64,000 nt of DNA from an uncultured Planctomycetales bacterium (GCA_964648665.1 CAZYOA010000002.1:3056-67055), one strand, 5' to 3'. Shown: positions 45,586 to 55,462, counted from the first letter of the stretch. Notes: a model not told the origin generated them from the sequence alone. Made by a program: numbers and translations.

Positions 45586-46142
45586 TTTTCTACTCCTTGT
45601 TTTTTGTGTTGTGAATGGTGTATTTTAATAATATTTTCATCACATTCAAGTGATATATCTGCAATAACCTCTAGGCAGTCTGGAATAGCCGGAAATACGG
45701 CTTCTAAACATTGTGCAATGGCGCTAGGGTTTCCTGGTAAATTCAAAATCAAAGTCTTGTTTCTAATGCCAGCTGTTTGACGCGACAAGATTGCTGTTGG
45801 CACATATTTCAATGAAACGCTTCGCATTAGCTCGCCAAAACCTGGCAATATTTTCTCGCAAACAGATTCTGTTGCCTCTGGAGTAACGTCTCTCTGAGCT
45901 GGTCCTGTCCCGCCCGTTGTTACAACTAAACAGCAGTTTTCTTGATCGCTTAATTTTATTAATTCTGATGCAATTTTTTGTTTATCATCGGATACAATGT
46001 TGCATACAGAATTCCAAGAATTCTTTAAATAGGTTGTTAAAATTTCTTCAATTGCTTTTCCGGAAATGTCTTCATATTCGTTTTTAGCAGCACGATCTGA
46101 GATCGTTAGAATTCCAATTTTAATTTTATTTTCTGAAATCAT
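45582..46142 (-). CDS. mog: molybdopterin adenylyltransferase (MogA/MoaB family)
   Basis: 186 aa with ISDR...VVTTGGTGPAQRDVTPEA...LPGNP motifs. Confidence 0.85.
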   Translation of the reverse strand: MISENKIKIGILTISDRAAKNEYEDISGKAIEEILTTYLKNSWNSVCNIVSDDKQKIASELIKLSDQENCCLVVTTGGTGPAQRDVTPEATESVCEKILPGFGELMRSVSLKYVPTAILSRQTAGIRNKTLILNLPGNPSAIAQCLEAVFPAIPDCLEVIADISLECDENIIKIHHSQHKKQGVEK

Positions 46143-46148
46143 TTGAGT

Positions 46149-46328
46149 CTAACCGAGAAGTTTGTCACCAACGGCCCAATTTTCACCGTTGACTTCATCA
46201 AAAACAACGTAGGTGTGATCTTTTGGCTTATTTGCAACTTTTTCTAAAGTTTCAGTAAACTCAGCTGCAATCCTTTGCTTCTGCTCTTTAGTTATTTTTC
46301 CGACTAATTTAATATTGATATAAGGCAT
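46149..46328 (-). CDS. 4-oxalocrotonate tautomerase family protein
   Basis: 59 aa beginning MPYINIKL (catalytic Pro1 after Met removal) in a beta-alpha-beta tautomerase pattern. The track ORF's extra 18 N-terminal codons overlap metW and were discarded. Confidence 0.75.
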   Translation of the reverse strand: MPYINIKLVGKITKEQKQRIAAEFTETLEKVANKPKDHTYVVFDEVNGENWAVGDKLLG

Positions 46329-46330
46329 TA

Positions 46331-46918
46331 TTAACTTTTCGATAATTGAAAAATTCCAACATGGGCAAATAAATTTGGCCAAAAAGTAATTTCTTGATTG
46401 CGTGATAGTGCGCGTTTTTTCTCAACAATAATATTATGATGATCGCAAAAGCTTTGAAAATCTTTAATACTTAAGAACTTTAAGTTTGGCGTGCTGTACC
46501 ATTGATCAGGTAATTTTTTCGTAACTGGAACATTCCCCTTAAAAAATACTTGAAAACGGCCATTGATATGGCAAAAATTTGGAATTGCAACAATAACTTT
46601 TTTTCCAACGCGTAAAGACTCAAGGATAACTTTTTTAGGATTTAAGACTTGCTGTAAACTTTCATATAAAACAATATAGTCAAAGCGCTTGCTTGAATAA
46701 TCTAAAAGCTCAGCGTCAATATCTCCATGAACTACGGTTAAGCCTTTTTCCATGCAGCGATAAACAGCTTTTTCGTTGATTTCTATTCCAGCCCCTCTGA
46801 CATTCTTCTTTTCTTTAAGAAGAGACAATAGATCCCCGTCTCCACATCCAAGATCTAAGACTCTGGAGTTTGGCTTAATAAAATCTGCGATGATTTCATA
46901 ATCTAGGCGATATGTCAT
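46331..46918 (-). CDS. metW: methionine biosynthesis protein MetW
   Basis: 195 aa with the VLDLGCGDGDLL SAM-fold motif. Immediately downstream of metX, the canonical metXW pair. Confidence 0.88.
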   Translation of the reverse strand: MTYRLDYEIIADFIKPNSRVLDLGCGDGDLLSLLKEKKNVRGAGIEINEKAVYRCMEKGLTVVHGDIDAELLDYSSKRFDYIVLYESLQQVLNPKKVILESLRVGKKVIVAIPNFCHINGRFQVFFKGNVPVTKKLPDQWYSTPNLKFLSIKDFQSFCDHHNIIVEKKRALSRNQEITFWPNLFAHVGIFQLSKS

Positions 46919-46919
46919 C

Positions 46920-48038
46920 TTATTTTCTTTCTCTTTTTAGAAAGTTTCTAATTAGGCTTGACTGTCCGTCAACTTCAATTAAGAATGAATCATGCCCGTA
47001 AGAGCTTTTGATTTCACAACTTGAAACATCAATATCATTTATTTTAAGTGCTTTAATCATTGATTTTAGCTGATGTGTTGGATATAACCAATCTGATGTA
47101 AACGTAATTACAAGAAAACTAGCTTTTGCATCTTGAAAAACTTCTTCTAAGCTTTCTTCTTCGGATAGATTAAAATAGTCAAGAGCTTTTGAGATGTAAA
47201 GATATGAATTTGGATCAAATCTTTGCACAAAGCTATCTCCCCTGTATTTTAAGTAGCTTTCTACTTGAAAATCTTGTGAGAAATCAAAACCAACACGTTC
47301 TTTGTTGATTAATTGACGTCCAAATTTTTTGTCCATAGATTCATCGCTCATATATGTAATATGACCAATCATGCGCGCAAGTCCAATACCTATTGATGGA
47401 GGTTTTTGATCGTAATAATCTCCATTGTTCCATTTTGGATCAGTCATGATGGCATGACGCCCAACTTCGTGAAAAGCAATTTGCTGAGCAGTATGACCTG
47501 TGTTTGTTGCAATGACGATTGCGGAATTAATAATATTCGGATAAAGAACAGACCATTTCAGGACTTGCATTCCTCCCATTGAGCCACCAGCAACAGCATG
47601 CAATTTTTTTATGCCTAAGTGATCAATAAGAGATTTCTGAACAACAACCATGTCCTTGATTGTGACGACTGGAAAACTCAAACCATAAGGTTTTTTTGTT
47701 TCAGGGTTAATTGAAGAAGGGCCAGTTGTCCCTTTGCATCCGCCTAAAACATTTGAGCAGATCACAAAATATTTATTTGTATCAAATGCCTTATTTGGGC
47801 CAATCATGTTATCCCACCAGCCAGGCTTTTTATCATCTTTGTGAAAACCTGCGGCATGTGCATCGCCAGATAAGGCATGACAAATTAGAATAGCATTTGA
47901 TTTATCTTGATTGAGCGTTCCGTATGTTTCGTATGCAATCGTGATAGGACCAAGCTTGAGTCCGCTTTTAAGCGTTAAAAGATTTGGTGGCTCAAAGCAA
48001 GTAACTTGTTGAGTTTTAACAGTTCCTAATGTATCCAA
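46920..48038 (-). CDS. metX: homoserine O-acetyltransferase
   Basis: 372 aa with nucleophile elbow GGSMGGMQ and FTSDWLYP motifs. TTG start downstream of AAGGAG. Confidence 0.9.
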   Translation of the reverse strand: MDTLGTVKTQQVTCFEPPNLLTLKSGLKLGPITIAYETYGTLNQDKSNAILICHALSGDAHAAGFHKDDKKPGWWDNMIGPNKAFDTNKYFVICSNVLGGCKGTTGPSSINPETKKPYGLSFPVVTIKDMVVVQKSLIDHLGIKKLHAVAGGSMGGMQVLKWSVLYPNIINSAIVIATNTGHTAQQIAFHEVGRHAIMTDPKWNNGDYYDQKPPSIGIGLARMIGHITYMSDESMDKKFGRQLINKERVGFDFSQDFQVESYLKYRGDSFVQRFDPNSYLYISKALDYFNLSEEESLEEVFQDAKASFLVITFTSDWLYPTHQLKSMIKALKINDIDVSSCEIKSSYGHDSFLIEVDGQSSLIRNFLKRERK

Positions 48039-48068
48039 AGTTTTAAATCTCCTTTAATTAACCTCAAA

Positions 48069-48097
48069 ATATTAACATAGCGTTTTTAAGGTGTCAA
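48069..48097 (-). promoter_or_regulatory. sigma70-type promoter of metX-metW string
   Basis: In gene orientation it reads TTGACA (48092..48097), a 17-nt spacer, then TAATAT (48069..48074). Confidence 0.55.
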
Positions 48098-48114
48098 CCT
48101 ATCTCAAAATAGGC

Positions 48115-49425
48115 TTAATTGATCAAATTCCCCTTTAGACCAAAGGCAGACGCGCTTTTTATTTTAATATTTACAAATTGTTTGGGTGCGCAATTCTGAG
48201 CTTGGAAAGAAACTGTTTTGTTTGTTTTAGTTCGACCGCAGAAATTTCCAGAACCTTTCTTTTTGTCTATAAATTCGATTAAGACTTCTTGAGTTGTTCC
48301 GACTAGTTTTTGATTCTTTTTGCAGGAAATCTCTTTTTGTAATTCATTTAGCTTAACAATGCGTTTTGTTTTCTTTTCTGGCGTCACATCGTCTTTATAT
48401 TTTTTGGTTGCAACAGTTCCTGTGCGAGGTGAATATTTAAAAATAAATGCTGCATCAAATTGAATCTTTTTCATTACTCGAACGGTATCATTAAAATCTT
48501 TTTCGTTTTCTGTTGGAAATCCGACGATGATGTCTGTTGTGATTGCAATGTCTGGACATGCCTTTCTTATTTTCTCAGCAAGCTTTAAATACGCTTGCTG
48601 TGTATAAGTTCGGTTCATTTTCTTTAAAATTCGACTACTTCCTGCTTGAAGAGGCAAATGAACATGATTTATGCTTTTTGGATTATTGGTAATAACTTTG
48701 ATAAGTTTATCCGGAAAATCTTTTGGATGTGGCGACATAAAATGAATGCGTTTAATTTTGTCAATTTTGCTAATTTCATTAATAAGATCTGGAAAATCTT
48801 TTTTGCCATCTTGATAAGAGTTGACATTTTGACCTAAAAGAGTCACTTGTGGATAACCTTCTTTTGCTAATTTCTTAACTTCTTTAATGATGCCATTAAA
48901 ATCACGACTTCTTTCGCGACCTCGGACATAGGGAACGATGCAGTATGTGCAAAAATTATTACACCCACGAGAGATAGCTACCCAAGCGTTTATGCCCTCT
49001 TCCCTTTTTGGATAAATATTTGAATAAGTTTCGGTGTCAGATAACTCGTAATCAAATGTTTTAAGTTTTGTTTTTTGTGCTTTTCTGATGAGTCCTGAAA
49101 GTTTCTTGTAGCTATCAGGACCTGCGATAAAATTAACGCCAAGATTCTTTTGGGTCAAAAGCTCTTCTTTTTTATCTGCAGCCATGCATCCTAAAATTCC
49201 AATCAAAACAGGTTTACCTTTTAGGTCATGACGAATTTTATGAATAAGCCCAATAATCTTTCGATTTGCATTTTCTCGTACTGAGCAGGTGTTAAGCATA
49301 ATAATGTCGGCTTTGCACTTTTGATCAACAAAATTAAATCCTTTTTTGAGGAGAATTGAACGTATGAGTTCTGAATCATATTCGTTCATTTGACAACCGA
49401 AAGTTTGAAGAAATATTTTATTCAT
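48115..49425 (-). CDS. miaB: tRNA-2-methylthio-N6-dimethylallyladenosine synthase
   Basis: 436 aa with an N-terminal TFGCQMNEYDSE motif, radical-SAM cluster CNNFCTYCIVP, and a C-terminal TRAM-like region. Confidence 0.9.
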   Translation of the reverse strand: MNKIFLQTFGCQMNEYDSELIRSILLKKGFNFVDQKCKADIIMLNTCSVRENANRKIIGLIHKIRHDLKGKPVLIGILGCMAADKKEELLTQKNLGVNFIAGPDSYKKLSGLIRKAQKTKLKTFDYELSDTETYSNIYPKREEGINAWVAISRGCNNFCTYCIVPYVRGRERSRDFNGIIKEVKKLAKEGYPQVTLLGQNVNSYQDGKKDFPDLINEISKIDKIKRIHFMSPHPKDFPDKLIKVITNNPKSINHVHLPLQAGSSRILKKMNRTYTQQAYLKLAEKIRKACPDIAITTDIIVGFPTENEKDFNDTVRVMKKIQFDAAFIFKYSPRTGTVATKKYKDDVTPEKKTKRIVKLNELQKEISCKKNQKLVGTTQEVLIEFIDKKKGSGNFCGRTKTNKTVSFQAQNCAPKQFVNIKIKSASAFGLKGNLIN

Positions 49426-49536
49426 TTAGGTGTTCCCTTTTTTAAGTTTTTTGGTGCATGCAAAGCGAGGCTTAAACGCAAAGCGCGAAAAGCGAGTGCG
49501 GTGCAGTCATATGTTTTAATAGTATTCTTTGCATAG

Positions 49537-49902
49537 CTATTTTGTTGTTAGGCACTCTCTAGTCGCAATAAGATTGACGCCGAGGTCAAGAAAGTTTCTT
49601 TGAATAACCTCTCCACAATAAATAGAGTTATGTATGCGTATTTTCTTTATTTCATTCATTGCATCAAAAAGTTTTGACTTTGGAATTGGCTTGCTTGTGC
49701 GTACGGAAATCATTTTCAATGGAAGGCCTTTAGACAAAACTGATGAGGTCAAAACTCTCGTTGGATTTTCTATTTCCGAGCGCACATAGATCTCGCCTTT
49801 TTCGCAATCATTTCCTGTAATTTCAGAAATTTTATTATCAGCAAGTGTAACTGTAATATTGCATCCTTTTGGGCATTCAATGCAGATAAACTTTTTCATC
49901 AT
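49537..49902 (-). CDS. DUF1667 domain protein (third subunit of G3P-dehydrogenase-like cluster)
   Basis: 121 aa with an N-terminal CIECPKGC...GNDCEKG Cys motif. Overlaps the upstream oxidoreductase gene by 4 nt. Confidence 0.75.
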   Translation of the reverse strand: MMKKFICIECPKGCNITVTLADNKISEITGNDCEKGEIYVRSEIENPTRVLTSSVLSKGLPLKMISVRTSKPIPKSKLFDAMNEIKKIRIHNSIYCGEVIQRNFLDLGVNLIATRECLTTK

Positions 49903-50876
49903 GAGCGGTTCCTTAAATATTCTGCAGCTTGTTTTCCTGCAATTTCGCTATCGCGTGAAACAGAGTCAGCCAAATCATAAACCTTAAAAGAATTTCCGCA
50001 GACAAATAAGCCGCTAATCGACGTTGTGTTAAGCTCACTTGATGTAGGACAATTTGTCTTTTTATCCATAGCGACGCCGGCCATTTCAATGAGTTCATTT
50101 TCAGGAATAAGTCCAACAGAAACCAAAACGGTATCACAATCAATAGTAAATTCTGATCCACTTACAGAATTCAAATGATCGTCAACCTTAACGACGTCTA
50201 CTTTTTCAACACGCTTTTTGCCATAAATATGTGAAATTTTATGATTATAATAAAGAGGTATATCAAAATCGTTTAAGCACTGAACAACATTGCGAATAAG
50301 CCCCCGACTTTCTTTTTGAATTTCGATAACAGCTTTGACCTCTGCGCCCTCAAGCGTTAAGCGTCGTGCCATTATTAATCCAATATCTCCAGAACCAACA
50401 ATGACAACTTTTTTTCCAGGAAGAAATCCTTCAATATTAATTAACTTTTGAGCAAGCCCAGCAGAAAATATACCCGCGGGCCTTGTTCCTGGGATATGCA
50501 CCATCTCTCGTGTTTTTTCTCGGCATCCTGTTGCCATGATTAAAGCTTTTGCTTTAATTTGTTCGAGAGCCCCAGGCTTCAAAACAGTTAAAATTTTGTT
50601 CTGCGTTAAGCGGACGACGAAAGAACGCAAGCTGATTTCAATTTCGGGAATAGATCTTATTTTTTCAATGGCTTTTTGAGCATATTCCGGTCCGGTTAGG
50701 ATCTCTTTAAAATATTCAAGACCAAAACCAGGATGAATACATTGATTAAGTATTCCACCTAAATGCTTATCACGTTCGATGACGAGGATATTTTTTACGC
50801 CGTTTTTATGTGCATAAATTGCAGCTGCCATGCCTGCAGGGCCGCCGCCAACAATAACAAGATCTTTTTTAAGCAT
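49899..50876 (-). CDS. NAD(P)/FAD-dependent pyridine nucleotide-disulfide-type oxidoreductase
   Basis: Two dinucleotide-binding motifs, VIVGGGPAGMAAA and VVIVGSGDIGL. The start is taken at ATG 50874..50876 (MLKKDLVIVGGG). Confidence 0.8.
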   Translation of the reverse strand: MLKKDLVIVGGGPAGMAAAIYAHKNGVKNILVIERDKHLGGILNQCIHPGFGLEYFKEILTGPEYAQKAIEKIRSIPEIEISLRSFVVRLTQNKILTVLKPGALEQIKAKALIMATGCREKTREMVHIPGTRPAGIFSAGLAQKLINIEGFLPGKKVVIVGSGDIGLIMARRLTLEGAEVKAVIEIQKESRGLIRNVVQCLNDFDIPLYYNHKISHIYGKKRVEKVDVVKVDDHLNSVSGSEFTIDCDTVLVSVGLIPENELIEMAGVAMDKKTNCPTSSELNTTSISGLFVCGNSFKVYDLADSVSRDSEIAGKQAAEYLRNRS

Positions 50877-52317
50877 GATCGCGCTCCTGTGCAACAATTT
50901 CTGAACCTGCACCATTCTTTGTAATTTCAGTTGGAGCTTTTTTTAAATTTTCTGAAAGAATCTTTAATATTCGTGTTGTGCAGAATCCGCCATGACAACG
51001 TCCAGCTTGAGCACGTGTTCGAAATTTTATGCCATCGAGAGTGGTTGCGCCACGGGCAATAGCATCCTCAATTTCTTTTCTAGAAACCATCTCACATCGG
51101 CAAACAATATCGCCATAAGAAGAATCCTTCTTGATAAAGTTTTTTATTTTTCTAAGCGAAGATGCAAACAAGTGAATTGTTTTCTTTCGATGAGAATGAA
51201 ATATTTTTCTTTTTTTTAGTTTTAATCCAGCAGATTTAAGAATATCGCAAACCATAAGTGCAATAGCAGGTGCTGCAGTTAACCCCGGAGACTGTATACC
51301 TGCAACATTAATAAAGCCAGGGACCTTATCTTCATGGCGAATAATGAAGTCATCGCCAGCCGAAGGACGCAATCCAGCAAAATACGCAATAATATCGTTT
51401 TCGCTTATTGATGGAATCATTCGGCGGACACCATCTAAGACTTTTTTTAGGCCTTCATCGGAAGTTGATAAGTCTTCTTTACTGTCAACATCTTGCGCGG
51501 TAGGTCCGATCATCGGATTTCCGTCTGACGTTTTAATGACTAAGATACCCTTAGAAGTTTTAGACGGAAGAGGAAAAAGTAAGTGATTGGTAATGTGCTC
51601 TCGCTTTTTGTCTAATATAAACTCTTCACCTTTTCGTGGATGAATTTTAAAATTATCAATCCCAACTAAGCGTGAAATTTCATCAGCAAATAAACCTGCT
51701 GAGTTAATGACATATCTTGCGTTAAGTGTTCCGTTTGGTGTTGTAATTTCAAAAGGCGCTTGAGAATCTCTTTCTGTTTCAAGTTGCTTAATATGCGTAA
51801 CTGGTGAATTTGTATAAATTTTTACATTGTTTTGCACCGCGTTTTCAGCCAAATCATAAGCTAATCGATAAGGGCTTACAATACCCGCTGTAGGTGCATA
51901 AAGAGCAGCAACGGCTGTTTTTGAGAGATTTGGCTCATGTTTCTGAAGCCATGCTTGATTTACAATTTTTAACCTTGGAACGCCAAGTTTTTTGCCGTCA
52001 TCTTCAAGTTTTTCTAAGAGAGAAATGTCTTCTTCGTTAAAAGCGACAATGAGTTCGCCAACTTCTTTAAAGTCAACACCGAGTTCTCTGGAAATTTTGC
52101 GAATGAGCTTGTTGCCTTGAACACAAAGTTTTCCCTTGAGCGATTCTGGAGAATTTTGAGTACCAGGATGAATAATGCCGCTGTTAGATTTAGAGACACC
52201 AAAAGCGAGTTCTTCTTCTTTTTCAACAATAGCGATTTTTAATTGATATCTGGATAGTTCACGTGCTATGGATGTTCCAACAACGCCTGCACCAATAATA
52301 ATAATGTCGTAGATCAT
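50869..52317 (-). CDS. FAD-dependent glycerol-3-phosphate dehydrogenase/oxidase-like protein with BFD-like 2Fe-2S domain
   Basis: 482 aa with an N-terminal IIIIGAGVVGTSIA motif and C-terminal CRCEMVS...AGRCHGGFC. Directly downstream of glpK. Confidence 0.75.
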   Translation of the reverse strand: MIYDIIIIGAGVVGTSIARELSRYQLKIAIVEKEEELAFGVSKSNSGIIHPGTQNSPESLKGKLCVQGNKLIRKISRELGVDFKEVGELIVAFNEEDISLLEKLEDDGKKLGVPRLKIVNQAWLQKHEPNLSKTAVAALYAPTAGIVSPYRLAYDLAENAVQNNVKIYTNSPVTHIKQLETERDSQAPFEITTPNGTLNARYVINSAGLFADEISRLVGIDNFKIHPRKGEEFILDKKREHITNHLLFPLPSKTSKGILVIKTSDGNPMIGPTAQDVDSKEDLSTSDEGLKKVLDGVRRMIPSISENDIIAYFAGLRPSAGDDFIIRHEDKVPGFINVAGIQSPGLTAAPAIALMVCDILKSAGLKLKKRKIFHSHRKKTIHLFASSLRKIKNFIKKDSSYGDIVCRCEMVSRKEIEDAIARGATTLDGIKFRTRAQAGRCHGGFCTTRILKILSENLKKAPTEITKNGAGSEIVAQERDHA

Positions 52318-52318
52318 T

Positions 52319-53794
52319 TTATGTGAGTGTTCGCTTAACAGCTTGTAGCCAACCTGAATAAAGCGTGGTTGATGATTTTTTTGTTATTTTAGGAGAAAAT
52401 TCTTTGTCTTTTTTCCAGAATTTCTTGATTTCGTTTGTGTTACGCCAATATTTAACGGCAAGTCCGGCAAGATAAGCAGCGCCTAAAGATGTGGTTTCAA
52501 TTATTTCTGGACGAACAACATTGCTGCCTAATATGTCAGCTTGAAATTGGCATAAAAAATTATTGACTACAGCTCCGCCATCAATTTTTAAATGTTTGAT
52601 TTTTAACCCTGAGTCTTTTTGCATTGCAAGTACAACATCTTTGGTCTGATAGCACATAGATTCAAGGGCTGCACGTGTGATGTGATTTTTTGTTGTTCCT
52701 CGAGTTAACCCTGTGATGCTCCCTCGTGCATCTTGATCCCAGTATGGTGCTCCAAGTCCAACGAACGCAGGAACAAAATAAACGCCTTCATTGTCTTTTG
52801 TAGACGTTGCCATTTTTTCGGTTTGAGAAGCTTCTTTGAAAAGATTAAGTTCGTCACGCAACCATTGAATTGCCGCTCCTGCAACAAAAACAGCACCTTC
52901 CAAGACGTAGATATATTTTCCTTTAACGTCACAGCCTAAGGTTGTGATTAATCCGTGTTTCGACGTAATACGCTTTTTTCCTGTATTCATAAGTAGAAAG
53001 CAGCCTGTGCCATAAGTATTTTTTATTGTACCTGGTTCAAAACATGTTTGCCCGAATAATGCAGCTTGTTGATCGCCAGCAATTCCTGAGATCGGAATAC
53101 CTTGAGAAAGATTTCCAATTTTAATTGTATGGCCAAATATGCCTGACGATGGCTTGGCGATTGGTAGCATTATTTTTGGAATTCCAAATTTCTTTAAAAG
53201 AATAGCGTCCCAATCGAGTTTTTCAATATTAAAAATCATAGTTCGTGAAGCATTGGTATAATCTGTTGCATGCACTTTGCCGCCAGTTAGTTTCCATAAA
53301 ATCCAGGAATCTGTTGTTCCAAAGCAAAGCTTTCCTGCTCTTGCATCCTTTTTTGCTCCGGAGACATTTTTTAAAATCCATTCAATTTTTGTTGCTGAAA
53401 AATAGGCATCAATGGGAAGGCCAGTTTTTTTCTTAAAAAGAGAAATTGCTCCCTTTTGATTTTTTAGGTTTTTGCAACGCTGAGATGTTCGCCTGCATTG
53501 CCAAACAATTGCGTTATAAACAGGTTCACCAGATTCCTTATTCCAGACGACAGTTGTTTCTCTTTGATTTGTAATGCCAACAGCAGCAATTGAATTTTCT
53601 GGAATCTTTTTAATGACTTTTTGAATGGAATGAATGACACTTTTCCAGATCTCATCAGGATTATGTTCAACCCAGCCTGGTTTTGGAAAATATTGAGGGA
53701 ATTCTTCATAAGCACTAGCTTTAATTCTGCCATGCTTATCGTAAATGATAGCGCGACTACCTGTTGTTCCTTGATCTATAGAAAGTATAAACAT
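52319..53794 (-). CDS. glpK: glycerol kinase
   Basis: 491 aa with ILSIDQGTTGSR, GITNQRETTVVW and GDQQAALFGQ motifs. Confidence 0.93.
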   Translation of the reverse strand: MFILSIDQGTTGSRAIIYDKHGRIKASAYEEFPQYFPKPGWVEHNPDEIWKSVIHSIQKVIKKIPENSIAAVGITNQRETTVVWNKESGEPVYNAIVWQCRRTSQRCKNLKNQKGAISLFKKKTGLPIDAYFSATKIEWILKNVSGAKKDARAGKLCFGTTDSWILWKLTGGKVHATDYTNASRTMIFNIEKLDWDAILLKKFGIPKIMLPIAKPSSGIFGHTIKIGNLSQGIPISGIAGDQQAALFGQTCFEPGTIKNTYGTGCFLLMNTGKKRITSKHGLITTLGCDVKGKYIYVLEGAVFVAGAAIQWLRDELNLFKEASQTEKMATSTKDNEGVYFVPAFVGLGAPYWDQDARGSITGLTRGTTKNHITRAALESMCYQTKDVVLAMQKDSGLKIKHLKIDGGAVVNNFLCQFQADILGSNVVRPEIIETTSLGAAYLAGLAVKYWRNTNEIKKFWKKDKEFSPKITKKSSTTLYSGWLQAVKRTLT

Positions 53795-53871
53795 GTTTTA
53801 TTTTAACACGGCAACGGGGTTTCGGAGATGAAAAATTGTAAAAAGTTAATACTGATTCTACAAGATTCGCT

Positions 53872-54576
53872 TTAAGTTATTCCTTTTAGATAAGATTGTC
53901 TTTTTGTTTCTTCAAATCGTTCGATAGCGTATCTTAGCATTGTTCGCGGCATCTTTTTATAATGTTTCTTTAAAAATTTTTCCTCAACAGCTAAATCTCG
54001 TTTTCCGATTTCTCTAAGCATCCAGCCGACCGCCTTTTGAATTAGATCTTCTTTATCGAGTAAAAGAGTGTGCGCTATTCTTAGCATTTCGTTAAATTTG
54101 TAATTTCGTATATAACAAAATGTTGATAGCGCTGCAATTCTTCTTTCCCATAAACTTTTAGATTTAGCCAAATGGTAAATGGGTGCTTTGTTTTTATTCA
54201 TCAAAAATGATCCGACAATATGGTGTGCCGACAGATCAATCAAATCCCAATTGTTGATATATTTGGAATGTTTTAAATATATTTTATATATCTCCTCTTT
54301 TTCTAATAAATCCGCTTTTTGATATTTTAGAATAAGGATAAACAAAGATAATAAGCGATGTTCGTGAATTTTTGATTTTAGTAGTTGCAGCGTTTCTTTT
54401 ATTGCTAAGCTCTGATATTCTTTGGAGAACTCTCGTAACACCGGAACAGTTATTCCACAAAAAATATCTCCTTGGCCGTATTCTCCGGGTCCAGTCTTAA
54501 AAAATCGCTGCAGAATTTTAGCTTTTTTCTTGCTGCTCTGTTTTTGTAAATCAATTTTTAGTTTTTTTAGTGACAT
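53872..54576 (-). CDS. DNA alkylation repair protein (AlkD/AlkC-like HEAT-repeat glycosylase family)
   Basis: 234 aa with RFFKTGPGEYGQGDIFCGITVP, NNWDLIDLSA and KAVGWMLREIGKRD, typical of the family. Confidence 0.75.
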   Translation of the reverse strand: MSLKKLKIDLQKQSSKKKAKILQRFFKTGPGEYGQGDIFCGITVPVLREFSKEYQSLAIKETLQLLKSKIHEHRLLSLFILILKYQKADLLEKEEIYKIYLKHSKYINNWDLIDLSAHHIVGSFLMNKNKAPIYHLAKSKSLWERRIAALSTFCYIRNYKFNEMLRIAHTLLLDKEDLIQKAVGWMLREIGKRDLAVEEKFLKKHYKKMPRTMLRYAIERFEETKRQSYLKGIT

Positions 54577-54617
54577 AAAATTTTTTTCCCAAAGGTGCGG
54601 AATCCTTATTTTGAAAT

Positions 54618-55343
54618 TTACTCTTTTCGTCCCTGTATAAATGTTGCTTTAATGTTTTCTGCTTTTGCTGTACAAATGAGTTTATCGTGCAAAGACAATC
54701 TTAAATCCCCTGAATCCGTAGACACAAGCTTGTTGCTCCTATACAATGCCAATATGAAAATTCCGTTTTCGTGAAAATAAGGATCATCAATTTTCTTGTC
54801 AAGCGCAGGGCTGTTTTCCATAATTTCAACGTTAACAAGGCTAAAGCCGTCAGGTGTAAGCGCAATTTCTTCTAAATGCCATGGTGCAAAAATACCTTTT
54901 TTTATAAAATAAGCTCTTGCGCAATTGCTTAAATAATTTACTAATTTAGAGCGAACAGATAGTTTGTATAATACAAAAAGAACAAATAGGACTACGATTA
55001 AATTTGTTAAAGGTAGGAATTTCTCTGGAAGAATAAAATCAATAAAAGGAATATGAATCTCGCCTACATATTTAGGAACCTTTATCGCATTGATAGCCGT
55101 AGCGATTAAACTAACAAATCCAGCATAACCCATAATCATCAACACAGAGGCAATTTTTCGTCTCTGAGAGTTTCTTACGATAAGCTCTGACTCTCGTGTG
55201 GTAAAACCTGTTCCGGTAAAACAGGAAATTGCCTGAAATCGCGCTACGGGTAGTTTTAGGCCAGTCAGCTCAAAAGCAATCGTGCCGATCTTCACCACAA
55301 TAATCAGCATAAAAATAAAAATTACAAATAAGAATAAATGCAT
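54618..55343 (-). CDS. membrane protein with a single TrkH/KtrB-like pore-loop unit and a C-terminal TrkA-C (RCK_C)-like domain
   Basis: 241 aa: TM1, then ARFQAISCFTGTGFTTRESE, then TM2 (IASVLMIMGYAGFVSLIATAI) and a third TM. The C-terminal ~80 aa fit the TrkA_C pattern (VEIMENSPALDKKI...GIFILALYRSNKLV...LHDKLICTA). Confidence 0.55.
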   Translation of the reverse strand: MHLFLFVIFIFMLIIVVKIGTIAFELTGLKLPVARFQAISCFTGTGFTTRESELIVRNSQRRKIASVLMIMGYAGFVSLIATAINAIKVPKYVGEIHIPFIDFILPEKFLPLTNLIVVLFVLFVLYKLSVRSKLVNYLSNCARAYFIKKGIFAPWHLEEIALTPDGFSLVNVEIMENSPALDKKIDDPYFHENGIFILALYRSNKLVSTDSGDLRLSLHDKLICTAKAENIKATFIQGRKE

Positions 55344-55462
55344 AGAATGCTCCTCTTTTAAAATTAATTAAGGTTTTCTCTTTTTTGACTAGTTATTTTA
55401 ACACGGAATGAAATTGAATTTTAGAAAGTATGAAGATTCTTAAAAGTGTACAAAAAATTGTT

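Noticed and set aside
46149-46382. The long 77-aa form of the tautomerase ORF.
   Set aside because: The family requires Met-Pro at the N-terminus. The internal MPYINIKL start at 46328 fits, whereas the upstream extension overlaps metW.
48039-48114. A SAM riboswitch or other leader upstream of metX.
   Set aside because: The spacer is only 76 nt. It is largely taken up by a good sigma70 promoter and the RBS, which leaves too little room for a riboswitch aptamer.
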